Assembly (NCBI GenBank): GCA_033442325.1
Contig: JAWQFM010000011.1
Span: 619,474-683,473, forward strand
DNA: 64,000 bases
Direction of reading: 5' to 3'
Source of the DNA: Salpingoeca rosetta
Taxonomy: Eukaryota; Protista; Choanoflagellata
The translations under genes and the position numbers were made by a program. Shown piece by piece: positions 16,657 to 31,941 of the stretch (within the stretch, counting starts at the first letter, position 1; the number at the start of each line of letters is the position of its first letter). A model generated the notes under the pieces. That model did no database searches, had not been told where the DNA came from, and was given only the letters and a program-made list of their open reading frames with translations.

Positions 16657-18240
16657 ATGAGCAAGAAGTTGCTGAAGGCGGCCAAGGCGGCGATTCAGGC
16701 GCAGGAGTACGACAGGGCACTGGACGCAGCCAACGTGTGTTCTGCTGCCGTGTCGTGCATGGCGGAGTGGAATGGGTCGGAATGGAATTGGGGGTGTAGA
16801 GGTGTCGCGTGGCGATACCCTGCCCGTTGCACTGGGAAAAACAGTCTTCATGTCACGTGTGTGATGTGATGTGTGAACAGTGTGAACAGGGTGTGTGTGT
16901 GTACTCACTGAACTGTGTATTATTTACTCGACTGTGTATGGTTGTCTGATGTGAACGGCAGCAAATCCTGGACGATGAGCCGGACCATTTTCACGCACTG
17001 CTCTTCGCTGCTATTGCACACGCCAAGCTTGGCGACTTCACCAGCGCCCAACAGCGATACAAGGATGCACTGGCGGCAGATTCTACCCAGGCCGTCGTCC
17101 ACCAGGTGAGTGTGATGTGGATGTGTGGATGTGTGGATGTGTGGATGTGTGGATGTGTGGATGTGTGGATGTGTGGATGTGTGGATGTGTGGATGTGTGG
17201 ATGTGTGGATGTGTGCATGACCCTCTTTTGATGTGTGGATGTGGATGTGTGTGTGCGGGGGGAGGAGAAACTGCCAAGGTTTCAAGAACCAACAGCGGGC
17301 TAGAAGTCTGGCAAGCGATATCACCTTCCTTGTTGTCGTTCTTGCTAACCAGTGCCTCGGTCGGGGGGGGGGGGTTGCAGGGCCTGGCTGAGTTGTATGA
17401 GGCGCGGCTGCGCGACGATGAAGATGCCGAAGACGAGATGCTGTCGCTGCTCAAGGACACCTACAACACGCTGCTGACCATGCAGGGAAACAACGCCACC
17501 GTCAAGGGCGAGCTTGTTCTGAGCCGCCTCTCCCGCGTGGAGGACAAGCTGGAGCACTTCCAGGAGGCCGCGAATTTGGTGCGAAGGGCCGCCGATATTG
17601 CTAGCGAGCCTGCAGAGAAGCTGGACCTGTGGACACGTGCGTTGGAGCTGACGATGAAGCGAGAGGCTGGGCTTGACCGTGCCAAGAAGCTCAGCTATCC
17701 AGACCCCGTCGCCAGGGTGTGTGTGTGAATGAGTGAGTGAGTGAGTGTGTGTGTGTGAATGTGTGTGTGTGTGTGTGAATGTGTGAATGCGTGCATGTGT
17801 GAGTGAATGTTTGCGTGTGTGTGCGTGCGGGGGTGTAGTGAGTGAATGTGTGAATGAGTGCATGTGAGTGCAAATGTGCGTAAGTTTGCATGCGTGCGGA
17901 CAGATGCGTGATGTATCTATGTAGTCTTCATCACCGTTCATTCATGTCATGACATGCGTTGCTGCGCTTGCATGCACGTAGCGGCGGGCCATCATGGACG
18001 ACATTGAGAACGATCCGCAGTCCGCCACGGCGCCTGTCATCTCTGCCATGCTGCCACTTGTCGAGCAGGGCCACCCCGAAAAGGTGCGTGTTGTGAGAGA
18101 AGGCACCATGTATGAGTGCATGCATGTGTTCCTGTGAATGTGTTGTGATGGTTGTGTGTTCGTTTTGTGCAGGCAAAAGGACTGCCTCGCTACACCTTTG
18201 GTCGCATTGGCTGAGTGGCCATGACGGCTTCTGTTCATGG

Positions 18241-18276
<36 letters not shown>

Positions 18277-18633
18277 ACACACACAAAACAATACACACCA
18301 GGCGACGGTGCGGCTGTTGGTGAGGCGGATCCAGGCGCTGTGGAGCGTTGGCCGTATGGGTGAGTGGCATCGCTGCTGCCACGTGTCCAAAGATGACGGA
18401 ATTGGGATGGTGTTTGGGGGAGGGGGGACGATGGTGGTGTGACATGAAGGTGATTTGGCAACAAGTGTGATGGTGGCGCGATGCAATCAGGGGTGGGCAT
18501 TTTTTTTTTTTTTTTTGGGATCGCGTGCTGCGTCGTTGCCTGAAAACTCGTTCTCTCCGCTATCCCTGTTACCGACTTCATTGCACGACAGCCAGCCAGC
18601 CAGACACACACGCACAGACACACACACACACAG

Positions 18634-18665
<32 letters not shown>

Positions 18666-19650
18666 AGATACACGCTCGGTTTTGCTTACACAATCGCGCG
18701 CACACACACACATGCGCATTAACATGGTCAATCACATGTGCGTGTCCTGAATTCCACCAGATACGGCCGCGGCGGTGCGCGCGTTTCGACTCGGTGTCAG
18801 CGCCATCCAACCTGCCAGCACTGACGATGATGTTAGAGACGATGGAGGTGTTGATGATACTGCGACGAAGAAAGGTGTGTGGTGGGGGTTGTTTGTGTTG
18901 TCGTGTTGTTGTAGATTGCTCGTGGAATCGCATTCCGTGTCGTGTTGTGGCTGTGCTGTGTATGTGTTGCGCGTGCGTGTGGCAAATGGTTGTAGAAGCG
19001 TTGGGTTTCGATGCACGACGTGTTGGTTGCGCATTGCTCGCGTCTTACTCATCCGTCAGTGCACACACTCCACGTCTCATCGCCAGCTGCTGTGGAGACG
19101 GCACTGGCGCTGTACTCCAACCTGGCTTGCGATGATGAGGGTGCACAACTCATTCAAGACTGCAAGGTCAGGCCACGCTGCCTGTATTCGTCGCCCATGC
19201 ACACATACACACACACACACACTGCTTGCACATGCAATATAGATACCGCACCCCCAACTACTTGTTCACAGCTCGTTGTGTACGTGCGCGTGTGTGCGCG
19301 TGTACGTGTGCGTGGTGATGCAACAGGAGGTGGGTGTGATTGCTTCCCTCGCCGACTCCATCGAGGACTCGGACGTGGCCGTCGCTCTCAAAGGTGCGCG
19401 ATGACCCGCAGCTGCACACAGACAGACACAGACAGACACAGACAGACACAGACAGACAGACACACACACACACATACACACACACAGACACAGACAGACA
19501 GACACACACACACACATACACACACACAGACACACACACAGACACACAGACACACAGACACAGACACAGACACAGACACAGACACACAGACACACAGACA
19601 CAGACACAGACACAGACACAGACACAGACACAGACACAGACACAGACACA

Positions 19651-19687
<37 letters not shown>

Positions 19688-19994
19688 TGCTCACGGATGC
19701 TTTTAACCCCCGTCCCCACCACCACCACCGCCACTCTGTGCGCTCGTGCAGTGGAGCGAGCGCTCAACACTTCATCGCCGACGAGCGTCAATTGGGACGA
19801 ACTGCAGGCGGAGGTCGAGAAAACCGTGGACACACACGCAGACACGCGGGACCTCATTCTCCTCCGAAAGCACCTCGCCCTGGTGAGTTGCACAGTTGAT
19901 CACGCTGGCGAGCTAGCATTGGGCTGAGTCATGACTTACTGTGCACACACGTGCGTTGTCTCCTTTTTGTCGCACGCTCTGTTGGCCCTCACCC

Positions 19995-20033
<39 letters not shown>

Positions 20034-23000
20034 CAGCTGCTGTACAGCCGGGATGACTTTGCGGGCTGCGATCGCACGTGCCAAGCGGCTCTCGAACGCA
20101 TCAACGCGCTCAACGCAGAGGCGGCAGGACGAAAGCTCCGGCGCATGTGGGAATGGTTTACGGTGATGCACGCCGTGACGATGACCCACCTCGACACGCT
20201 GCACTTGAAGCAGCACCAAACCACGCTCGCTACACACGCGGAAAACGCCTTTGCACAAGCCGGTACGTGTATGCGATTGAGAGAGTGTGTGTGTTGTTGG
20301 ATGTGATCGTGTGTCGTCATGCGTACGGCTCACTCAATCCAATTCTATCGTTCGCTTTCACTGATACACGTGTCATCAACAACATGAAGAATGAGCATCC
20401 AACCCCCTTTTTTTTTTTTTGAGCTCACGTGTGTCGTATGTATGCATGTACGCATGTGCTGTCTCACACTCACACTCACACACTCACACTCACACTCACA
20501 CTCACACTCACACTCCCTGTCCTCTCCTCCTCCCTCACTCCCTCTCCACCTGTACATGTGTACATCAGGCCTGGCGCGGATCGCTGCCCGGTGGAACAAG
20601 CGCGATCTTGCCATGATGCACGCGGAGACTTCGGTTTCGCTCGACAACATGTGCGGTACTGCCCATGCGGCCCTTGCGGTGGCGCGGGGTATGGCGGGCG
20701 ATGTGGATGGCGCAGTGGCGGCGGCCAAAGCAGCCGTGGACGTCCAGCCGACGTGCGCTGACCACCACTACCAACACGGCAGATTCCTCACGCTGCAGCA
20801 CCAGCAGCGCTTACGACAACAACAGCAGCAACAGCAGCAGGACGGGAGAGACAGTGCCGGCGGCAGCAGCGTGGCCGGCACCACCACCACCACCACCACC
20901 ACCACCACATCCGAGGTGGAGATTGACGCTGCCCTTCCCATCCCACGGACAGCATTGCGTCCATGGCTCCTGTGTCTTCGCGTCAGCCGCGGCCACAGCA
21001 ACGCCCTGTACTACATTGGCTGCTACTACGCCGCCACCAACATGGACAAGGCTGTGCGCTGCTATGCAAAGGCACTTGAGGCTGAACCCCTGCATCCGAA
21101 GGCCGCCCATGCCCTTTGGCTCGCACACATGCGCGCGGGGCGAACGGAGAACGCGGATGCACTGGTGACGACACTGGCGGCGCACGCGGGCTCTGATCGG
21201 CTGTCGTGGGTGTGGATGCGCAAGGCGTTGCTTGAGCTCGGCAGCGGGGACGTGGGCACAGCCGTTGTCTCGCTGCAGACGGCCCTGCGTGCAGACACGG
21301 GCAGCGCGCTGCTGTGGCAGCTGCTTGGAGAGGCGTACCACCGGCGCGGTAGCTTCCTCGCCGCGCACAAGGCGTTTGACCAGTGCCTCGAGCGAGACCC
21401 AGCGTGCCTGCATGCAATGTACATGAAAGGACTGGCGCTGCTGCGGCTTGGGGACGAGGAAGAGGCCATGCACACGTTCCAGTCTGTTCTCGACATTGAC
21501 AACACGCACGCGCCCGCCATTGAAGGGCTTGCCTCGGCGCTGTACTCCAATGCGCGCACGTTCTATCGGAACAGACGTCCCGAACTCTGCCTTGACGCAA
21601 TCAACCACGCCCTCGCCGTCCTCCAGCCAGCCCTGCACTCCTCCAACCCATACGTGTGCCTGTGGAAGCTGTGCGGTGACGCGTATGAGCTGGCCACGCA
21701 GCTGCCGCCCACGACCATGGCCCGCGTGCAACCCATCATGTTCGCCTCCACAGCGGCTGCATCGAATGCTGCTGGCGAAGATGCTGGAGCTCAAGACACC
21801 TGCTTTGCGGTGCTCAACGCATGTGCTGCTGCTGCGTTCGCGCGTGTTGTGCGGTCGCATGCGACGGCCGGCGCCTATTGCGACCTCGCCGTTAACCGCT
21901 GGCGGCTGTACAGCAGCAAGCACGCGAAACGCGCCGGACCACGGGAAGACACCCTCTTGCATCAGGTTCAGCGCTTGTGCATGCAGGCACTGACCTTGGA
22001 TCGCGACTACACCGACGCGTGGAACATGCTCGGCATCGCCGCATTTGCACTCCAGGTATTGGTTGCGGCATGCGTGCTGCGATTGTCGTGGTAGCTGTTG
22101 TGCTCGCGGCTGGATGGCCGTGTGGCTGTGTGGCCGTGTGGCCGTGTGGCTGTCATGCTCTTTGTCGTTTGCTATCGTCGTCTCACACGCAATGGCCGCT
22201 CCCTTGCCCATTCTCTGCTCTACAACGCCAGGACGTGCGCCTTGCGTACAACAGCTTTGCGAACGCGGCCACGTCCTCCCCCAGCAGCGCATCCACGTGG
22301 GTGCACATTGGGGCGCTGTTTAAATCGCGCGGCAGAACACGCGAGGCGCACCGTGCGTTCACACAGGCGCAGATGCTGGACCCAGGCAAGTCGCGGGCGT
22401 GGATTGGGCAGGCGCTGGTGGCCGCGGAGGTGCAGCACGAAGAGACGCTTGATCTCTTCCGCCACGCGCTTGAGCTATATCCACACGGCAGTGCCGCCCG
22501 CGCGTTTGCATTCTACACGCTGGAGTCACTTCGCCCCAAGCGGCACTCCGCCACACCCAATAGCGGTGATGGTGATGGTGATGGTGGTGGCGATGATGGC
22601 GCCAGCGGTGCTGGTGATGGTGGTGATGCAGGGAGTGGTGCCGGCAGCAGCGGTCGTCGCGGACATGTGCCGACACCAACGGGCGACGTGCCGCGTGGAT
22701 GCGAGGAGCAGTACCTGCTGCAGGCGAGCACAGCGCTGATAGCGCTCACATCAACAGCAGGCGGCAGCGCAGACGTGTGTGTGCACAACATGTGCGGCGT
22801 CCTGTACGAGCGCCTGCGTCTGTACAAACGCGCGGAACAGCTCTACCGACAAGCGCTTGACCTCGCCCAGCAGCAACAGGCGCACGCTGCTTCCGACAGT
22901 GCTGATGACAGCGACAACAACGGCAACAGCAACAATGTCAACAACGGCGTGCATCTTGCTGTCATCAAGCACAACCTTGCGCGGTGCCTGGCGCTGCAGG

Positions 23001-25459
23001 GCAGTGCGGAGTGTCTGCCGCTGTTTGCACAAGAAGTGGAAGCTGGCACAGCAGACACGTCCACGCTCTGTCTTTACGCAAAGGCGCTCCTGGAACAGGG
23101 CGACATCGCTGCAGCATTTCAGGTGATTTATCCGATGGTGTGTGCTGTGGTGTGGACTTGTGTGTGCGTGTTTGTGTTTGTGCTTGTGTGCAGTATATGT
23201 CCGTGTGTATTCTGGTGTTGGTTGTTTGCGTGTGCTCTTGTGTAGGTCGCATAGCCGTTGTTTGCAAAGCGATCAGCCCCCAGTGGTCCTTGCTCCCTCA
23301 TGCTTGTTCCCCTTTCCTCCGCTTCTGTTCACCACGACGACCACGACGACCACCATCACAACTTCTTGTCAGGTGTACAAGCATGCACATGATGCATCAC
23401 CGGGCAGCGAGGACCGGGCGGAGATTGCTGCGAGTATGGCTGTTGTTGCTTTTGCCAACGACGAGGTGGACCTTGCCAAGCAGCTGTTGGCTGAGGCGAC
23501 ACGTGATCCGGCGGCCTGCCCGCCAGCCGTCTTCATCACCGCCGCTCTCGGTCTCTTTGCCGGCGATCTGCAGCTCGCAGAGCACGCGCTTGGTGAGACA
23601 GATGTTGAATGGCGGTTTGTTGTGTCCGTTGTGTTGCGTTGCTGTGTTGGATTGTGCCACGTGAACGCATGTGTAATGTGCTGGTGTCGAGTGACGTGTG
23701 GAGTCTTGTCTCACGTTTTCACACACACATACAAACACGCAAACGCACACACACACACACACATACATACATACAAACATGCAAACGCACACACACACAT
23801 ACATACATACAAACATGCAAACGCACACAAACATACATACATACACGCAAACGCACACAAACGCACGCACACACACATGCACACATACACACATCCGGTG
23901 CAGCGTATGGGCCGCAGCTGTGGACGGATGGCACAAATTCCAGCAAGCCGTTTGTGTCGGAGTACTTGCGTTTGTCGGCGTTTGCATATGCAATGGCGGG
24001 GGCGCCTAAAGTTGCTCAGTCCTTCCTCATGCAGGTGCGATTATCGACGCAGATGGCTGTTGCTAGCGCATGCTGTGTTTGTGTGCGCACGAGTGTGCGT
24101 GTGTGTATGACTGAGTGTGCGTGTGTGTATGACTGAGTGTGCGTGTGTGTATGACTGAGTGCGTGTATATGAGTGATGTGTGCATGCACGAGCAACACCA
24201 ATGGTCATTACTTGCCACCACTAGCCGCTGCCGCCGCCATCTCATTTAACTGTCGCCACCACACCACCATCATGTGTGGCTACCCAGCTGATCCATGTCT
24301 TCCCCGAGGACGCAAGCACGTGGACTCTGCTTGCACAGGTGTTGTGCGGCGGCAATCCAGCGCCAGCAGCGTACGTCGTGTGTCATCGCTGTTGCGCTTT
24401 GTTTGCTGTCTCAACTTTTCCGTTGCTTATGTTCCACCACACTATTGCACATCATATCTGCACACAACCCCAGCCCTCAATGAAGCCAGCATGCACACGC
24501 AGCATGGGCAGGGGGAGGGGATTCACGTCATTGCCCACTTCCACCTCTGCTTCCAGTGTCTCCTCACATCATTGTTCCGTTTTCTCGCTCTCTTCCAACC
24601 ACCGCCATCATCACCGTCATCACCTTGATCACCATCACTACAACCACCACCACCACCGTTGCCACGATCACGACAACCACCATCATCACCATCACCACCA
24701 CCAGCACATCAGCAGCGGTCGTTGCGCTCAAGGCCTCTGCTGCTGCGTCTGCAACCCACTCTGCACGCGAGATGGAGGCTGCTGCCCTCCTCGCCCGCGG
24801 CGCACACGACGCACGCGCCCGGCTCGAATACCCTGCCCCCACTCCCCGCAGCACGGCGCCACAGAGCAGCGAGGGCGGTGAGGATACACGTCAAGCATCG
24901 GCAGCGCGGGAACCTGACACAACATCACCACCATCATCATCATCGTTACCTAATGCAGCAGATGACAATGCAGGGGCACCGTCGTCAGCAGTGCCACCAC
25001 CATCATCATCAGTTCCATCGTCGTCGTCGTCGTCGTCGTCATCATCATCATCATCATCACCTCCGCTGCCGGCCCGGTCTGTGCTGGACCACGCCGTCTC
25101 GAGCGCCATGCGAGGTGTGCACGCAGCGCCAACGGCACCAGATGCGTGGTGCATGGCTGCGCTGGCCCACCTCGCTCGCGGCGTTGCTCGCGCGTGCGTG
25201 GACGACGTGCGGCGTGCGCGTGTGTGCTGTGAGCGCGGCATGGCGCTTGCAGAGGACGCGCTGCAGGCTCTTCCCACACTCGCACTCACCACGCCAAAGT
25301 AAGCACCGTGCGTATTGTGACTCTGTGTGTGTGTGTGTGCATGACTGTTTGTGTGCTTCCATCTGTGCGTGTGTGCATGACTGTTTGTGTGCTTCCATCT
25401 GTGCGTGTGCGCGCGTTTGATTCTTGTTGTCAGACTCAACACCACCCCCTCTCTCCCAT

Positions 25460-25503
<44 letters not shown>

Positions 25504-26679
25504 TTGCGCGTTGTGCAGGCGGTATCAGCTGCAAATGGTGTTGCGGTGGTGTCACCTCACGTGGTGCGAGTGCGGCCTTGCGCTGTATACGCACACAGCA
25601 CAGAATGCCGTCGAGACGGAGGTGTGGCCTCGAATGCTGATGCTCTGACTGCTGCTGCGTGTGTGCGTGTGTGTGTGTGTGCGTGTGTGTGTGCGTGCAT
25701 ATTGCAGGAGCATGTGGAAGAGAGTTTTGTGGCCGTGGCCGTTTCTTCGTTTCAGTCTTTGTTCTGTTGATGCGCCATGTTCACGTCTTCGAAACGCGGG
25801 CGGACACACAACTCACCTTGGTCGCAGGTCACTTTGTGCGAGCGCATGTTGCAAGAGGAAGGACAAGATTACCTGTACGTGGCACACACACACACCTACT
25901 CACACGCACATACACCAACTTACACACACCCACCAACTCATACACCCACACGATACAACGCAACACACGCACACACACACACCAACTCATACACGCACAC
26001 ACACACACACACACACGCACACACACACACACACACACGCGCGCGCACGAATGATAGGCGCTCGCATGTGGTGTTGTGTCTGGCAAAGTTGACGTCTGCA
26101 CTTGGGAATGTTGAAAGCGCAACAACTCTGCTTCTCTCCAACGAGCACGCCACCGCCAGCGACATTACGGTTGGTTTTCAAAGACACAGCAAACAAACAA
26201 ATACGCACACGTGTGCGCGTGTGCACGTTTAACAGCTACACCAACTCTGTTTCGCATCTACTAGACTTCCATGCTTACAGGCTTACACCCTTGATTGCTT
26301 GCCGCCTTTGACTTGGCTTCTTCATTTCGCTCACTGGCATCTCGTTTCTGCTGTTTTCTACCAACAGGTGTTTGCTGCGCACTTGCATGCCCTTGGGAAC
26401 ACGCGCGCGGCGCTCACCCTCGTTGAAGGCACGTTGTCACGCTTTCCAGCACCGGAAGCACCGTCCGGTGGTGACGCAGACACGGGTGCACAGGCACGTG
26501 CGAGGGCAACGATGCTGACGTGGGCAGCGCATCTCTCCCTTGCATGTGAAGATGCAACGAAGGCACTGCAATTTGCAACGGAAGCGGTGGCTTTGGGTCG
26601 CTGTGATGAGCGCAACATCTCGAGTGCCGCTGCCAGCGTGATTGTCAAACGAGCAAAGGCAGCAGGCGCACGCGGCTGA
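16657..26679 (+). CDS. TTC37: Superkiller complex TPR protein SKI3/TTC37; many exons, some internal boundaries approximate
   Basis: N-terminus [29 protein letters not shown] matches the SKI3 pattern; [64 protein letters not shown]; many TPRs. Confidence 0.88.
17113..17215. repeat. (GATGTGTG)n octamer tandem repeat in a TTC37 intron
   Basis: About 12 consecutive units read directly. Confidence 0.95.
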
Positions 26680-26700
26680 TGCTACCTTGCGCAACGTTGT

Positions 26701-26793
<93 letters not shown>

Positions 26794-27183
26794 GTTGCTT
26801 TGTTGGTTGGTTCGTATTGGTTGGTTGTGGAAAAAGTCATCATGTGTGGGCGTTTGCATTACAACAGCGAGCGCGTGCGTTGGTTCTGTAGTGGCACGTT
26901 GCCCATGACATCTTCAGTGTTTATCAGGGGTGCGAATCGACAGGAAATCACATCAGCGCAGTACAACCCCATGTACTTCTACATACAACAGCATGCCCCA
27001 CGCCAACGGTCACAAGAGCAAAACGAGCGAGAGCACGGTGTCCTTCAACCACAGACAGACAGACGAACAGAGAAGTGCAAGACACAAAGTGCAGTATCAC
27101 ACACACACACACACACACGCTCTATCTCTCTCTCTCTCTATCTCTCTCCAATCCATGCCATTCATTACGTGCGATGTGACAAA

Positions 27184-28303
27184 TTACGCGGACGACTCGC
27201 TGCTTGCAAGCAAGACGACGACGGCGGTGGTGTCATCAATCTTGTCCGGATCCATGCAGTACTCCTGCGCGTCCTTGCACAGCGTCTCTGCGGCGTCTGC
27301 GGCATCGCCCGCGCTGTTGGTGACGCGGTCAAGCATGTCAAAGGGCTGCAGCTCGTCTGTCACGCCGTCCGAGCAGACCACGACACCATATGTGGTGGCC
27401 GGGTCAAGGTCCTCGACGTGCACGTCTGGCGTGGCGATGATGCCCGCAACGCGCAGCAGCTTGTGGCCGAGGGAGCGCGTGAGTTGCAGCTCATATTGGC
27501 ACAGGACGGGGTCGGTTGGTGCAATGTATCCGTCCGGCGTGAAGATGGCGGCGCCGGGGAAGTCACGGTCGACGCGGTCAATCTCCAACTGCGATGACGC
27601 CGTGTGCTTGGAGGCGTGGGACACGGCCAGGTAGCCGTCCCTGCTGCTGGGGTCAGCGTCGCAGTTCTGCCGCATGACAATGGCGTCTGCGTCGCCGGCG
27701 TTGCCGATAGTGAGGCGGTCGCGGTGGATCACGGCAACAACAGCGGTGCAGCCAAAGTCGATGGGCCGTGGCGGCATGTAGTCGTGCTCGGGACACACGT
27801 ACATGGCGCCGAGGTCGGGGGATGCGTCCTGCTTCAGCTCGAAGGAGAGGGGCGTGCTGCCGCTCACGTACACATACGTGCTGGGCGGATTGTCGTGTGC
27901 GTCCAGGACAGCCAGGTTGAGCTGCTCAAAGAGGTCGACCATAAACGTGGCTGGGTCCGACTGCAACAGCGCGACGTTCAGGGAACCGCTTGCACACATG
28001 TCATCCAGCTCCTTCCTTGCGGTCTCTGCGGCCACCTCGCCAAGCAGGCCGTGGCCATCGAAGACGGCAGTCACGGTTATGGGCTCGCCGTTCAGCATGC
28101 CTTTGAAGGAGAATGGCACGTCCTGGTTCACGTCGCCGTCTGCGATTGGGCACACATGTCGTGATGCGCGTAAGGCTGAGTATGAATGGTGAAGGCCGTG
28201 ATCGGTTGCGATTCACACAACGCATGCAGAAAAGCAAAGCTTCACTCACAATCACACACACACACACACAGCCACATTTGCATAATTGCACACTCACACG
28301 ATC

Positions 28304-28377
<74 letters not shown>

Positions 28378-29463
28378 GCACGCACGTCGGGTTCCGTGGG
28401 TGGAATATGAGCCAATGGCTTTGACAGCAACAAGCGGTTGTGAAGGTGCGGGTGCTTCTGAAGATGAGGCCGCCTTGGGCGCACCGTCCACTTCTTCCTC
28501 TGTTGGCGTGCTGTCGAGTGTGGCACCTTGCACTTCGCGCGCGGCTGCGGTAACGGCGTCATCACCGCCATCGTTGTGCTCTTCATGCGCCTCTTCCTCT
28601 GCTGAAGTTGGTGCGTCTTCTTTCATTTGCTGTGGCGGTGCTTCCTGTTGTGGAGTGGCATTCGGCTCTGGCTGCTCAGCTGGCTTTGTTTCCGTCGGCT
28701 CCGGCTGATCTAGCGCTTCGCTTCTGGCCTCCGACGCAGGTGCAGGCGTTTCTGGTGTTGACAGCTGCGGGTGGTGTGGCTCTGCCGCCTCCTTGTCCAC
28801 CTCGTTGAGCTCACTCTTAATCTCTGCTTGTGCTGATTTTGCCGCTGGCTTCGGCGCCGGCGCTGGGGCTGCGGGCTTTGGCTGCGTTGTTGTTGGAGCT
28901 AGCTTGGGCTTGACAGCGGGGCGGTGGCTGGGCGTCGTTCGTCCGCCACGGCGCACAGTCAGCGTGAACGGCTCATGGAGGGCAGAGATTTGTTTGACAA
29001 CGGCCGCCAGCGGTACGCTGGAGGACACGTCGCTATCGTTGATCCTGATGACGCGATCATCAGCACAGAGGCCGCTCGCAGCTGCCACGCCATCTGCACG
29101 TCAACCCCAAATTCACGCACACGCACACACGCACACGCACGCGTATGGAAAAGTGGTGAGAAGTAAAGAGGGACAAGGGAGCCGCGTCAAGCGAGAGGAT
29201 GTACCCGTGTTGAGCAAAAACAAGCAACCGTGCACTGCGATCAATCTAGAGTGGACAGTGGTCATGTGCTGTGTTGTTGCGATGCCTCGCTTGCACATGC
29301 ACGGCGGATCAAGCAGCGATGCGTGATGATGATCTGCACCGATCTTACCTTGGCTGAGGCTGGAGATGATGTATGGAGCCCCTGCACCAGTGAGCTTCAT
29401 CCCAAGCTTCTTCCCTGCTGCGGGAGTGACGGTGCACTCCACAGTCTCGACTCCATCCGCCAT
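27184..29463 (-). CDS. PDZ domain + Pro/Glu/Ala-rich linker + PP2C (PPM) phosphatase; exons 29463-29349, 29093-28386, 28175-27184
   Basis: PDZ: KKLGMKL..YIISSL..VAAASGLCADDRVIRIND..FTLTVRR. PP2C: NQD, AVFDGHG, GCTAVVAVI, GNAGD, LQLTRSLG, CSDGVTD, DDTT. Both junctions phase 1 and in frame. Confidence 0.85.
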
Positions 29464-29574
29464 GGTTCCAAAGGTGTGGGTGGGGGTTGCGATGTGTGTT
29501 GGCTGGCTGGGTGGTGTTTGTGTGTTTGCGACACCAGCTTGCTTGGTTCTTGTTTTGGCAAAATTGCACACAAT

Positions 29575-29633
29575 GGTTGTTGTTGTTGTTGGTGTTGTTG
29601 TTGTTGGTGTTGTTGTTGTTGTTGTTGTCGTCG

Positions 29634-29677
<44 letters not shown>
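29575..29677. repeat. (TTG)n/(CAA)n microsatellite upstream of the PDZ-PP2C start
   Basis: Read directly. Confidence 0.95.
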
Positions 29678-30226
29678 GCCAGCGCATCATGTCATGTCAC
29701 AACACGTCGCACGTCTCCTCTCTCTCCATTTCACATCTCACATGGTGTCATCTCTTCATTGTGTACGTGTTGCTTCCTCCTTTGCGTGAAAATGAGAAGG
29801 GTGAGAGACAGACAGAGAAGACACACGGCAGCCAAGCAAGTGTGCGGTTCCACAATAGGGGGCTGAAACACTGTGATTACACGGTGGATAAACTGGTGGT
29901 ATGAAGAAGAAGAAGAAGAAGAAGAGCAAGCTGCTGCTGATGATGATGATGAGGTGACAGGATAAAGAGGACAAATCCAAAACCAAAAGGAAAGCAAGAA
30001 AGCAAGCAAGCAAGCAAGCAAGCAAGCAGGACCTGTGCAGCGATCTAATCGAGCGTGACTCCCGTCCCCCTCAACCCACACACAGTCACAAATACACCCG
30101 CCCACTCACACAGTCACAACCACACAACCACACAACCACACACATAAACACAGTCACAAACACACACACACACACACACAGAGTCACAAATACACACACA
30201 CATTCCCCACCCCTCTCTCCTTCCCT

Positions 30227-31509
30227 CTACACTTCGCTGTGATGAATCTCGGAGATAAAGTCGGAGTGGCTATCGTCGTCCTCGGAGGGCGGCGCGGGCG
30301 CGGGCTCAAACATAAACGCATCGTCGTCGTGCTTGCTGGAATCACTCGACACCATCGACGTGGCTGTAGCGGCGCTGCTGGTGCTCGCCATGGCAGGTCG
30401 ACTGCCGTTCGCTCCGCCCGGTGTGCTCGCTGCTGGCTCGTGCGGCGTTGTCATATCCACAATCTTCTCCAGGACCGCGTGTGAGCTGCTGCCGTTCGCG
30501 TGCGCACCCTTCTCAGTGGCGTTCGATGCCGTTGATGTTGACGTTGCTGGTGCGGTGGCTGCTGACGGTGCCTTGGCCGTCGCTGCCATTGCGTCTGCAT
30601 CAATCTCGACATCGTCGACAACGGAGGAGGACGAGAGGCCCGTATCCAGCACCAGCCGCGGTCGCGGCGTCGTCATCACTTCTTGCTTCTGCAAATCAAC
30701 CCTACATGTGCGTATGTTTGCGTGCGTGCGTGCGTGTGCGTGTGTGTATGTGTGTGCGTGTGTGATGAGAAGACACTCACGTCAAGAACAAGCGCTTTGA
30801 AATGGACTTGTGAGCACGCAAACCACGGCACCCCAAAGCATGGTGTCCACATGCGCGCAATGTATTTAACGCAGGGAGCAGCGAGTGCGTACCCAAACGC
30901 GGCTGGCTGCTGGCTGTGCTTGCGCGAGCCTGCCGCGGACGACGACCGTGACGACGGAACGGCCGGCGCACCCGCCTCAAGGTCGTGCAGCGTGCTCTGT
31001 TGTGTTGCGCGGGGAGAGGTGGTGGTGGTGGTGGTATTGAGTAGGTGCGGTGGGGGTGGTGGTGGTGGTGGTGGTATTGAGTAGGTGCGGTGGGGGTGGT
31101 GGTGGTGGTGGTGGTATTGAGTAGGTGCGGTGGGGGTGGATTGAACAAGTTGAAGAAAGCAAAAGATAACGGGGAGGGATCTATTGCAGCAAGGAGAGGC
31201 AAGAAAGAACCGCAGTGCTCACGGCCTTCATGGAACAACAATACATGCGTATGCACTGGCAGCAGGGACGCACACATGAAGGCGCATCCGTACACAACCA
31301 ACACATTGTAGCAGGGAGTATCACGCATCCCACCAGTCCGTTTGTGACGCGCTGGAGGCGGCGCTCAAGAATCAATCGCGAGCCCTGGAACATCAGCCTA
31401 AGAATGACACACGAGGGACAATCGGGTGATGGTGGTGTACATGGCGTGTGAGGAACGAGGGAGCGTTTTCACACACACTTGCACGTCAGCAAACACTTTC
31501 GACTGCAAG

Positions 31510-31564
<55 letters not shown>

Positions 31565-31885
31565 GCACGCACACGCGTACACAAGTGCTTTTGTGCGGAC
31601 CTCTCTGCCTGCCATGCTTGCTGGAGATCAAGGATGGCCTGTTTGAGATCATTGCTGGTCTTGCAGTGGGAAAGCACATCCGCTTCGGACAAGTGGACGC
31701 CATCGCCCACACACTGCCGCAGCCACAACTTGCTGTCCTCTGGTTTGCTCAAGCGTGGGCGCGAGGGTATGACGCGCGTGTGATGTCGAGTGGGAGCGCG
31801 TGCGTGTGTGGGTGCGTGAGAAAGATGACAGCGGAAGATTTCAATGAAAAAAGCACATTCACATTCACAAGTATAGTCACACACA

Positions 31886-31941
<56 letters not shown>

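Noticed and set aside
20811-22292. 493-aa minus-strand ORF and other long antisense ORFs (e.g. 49385-50002, 12049-13329)
   Set aside because: Antisense or off-frame shadows of GC-rich exons and introns with no recognisable motifs
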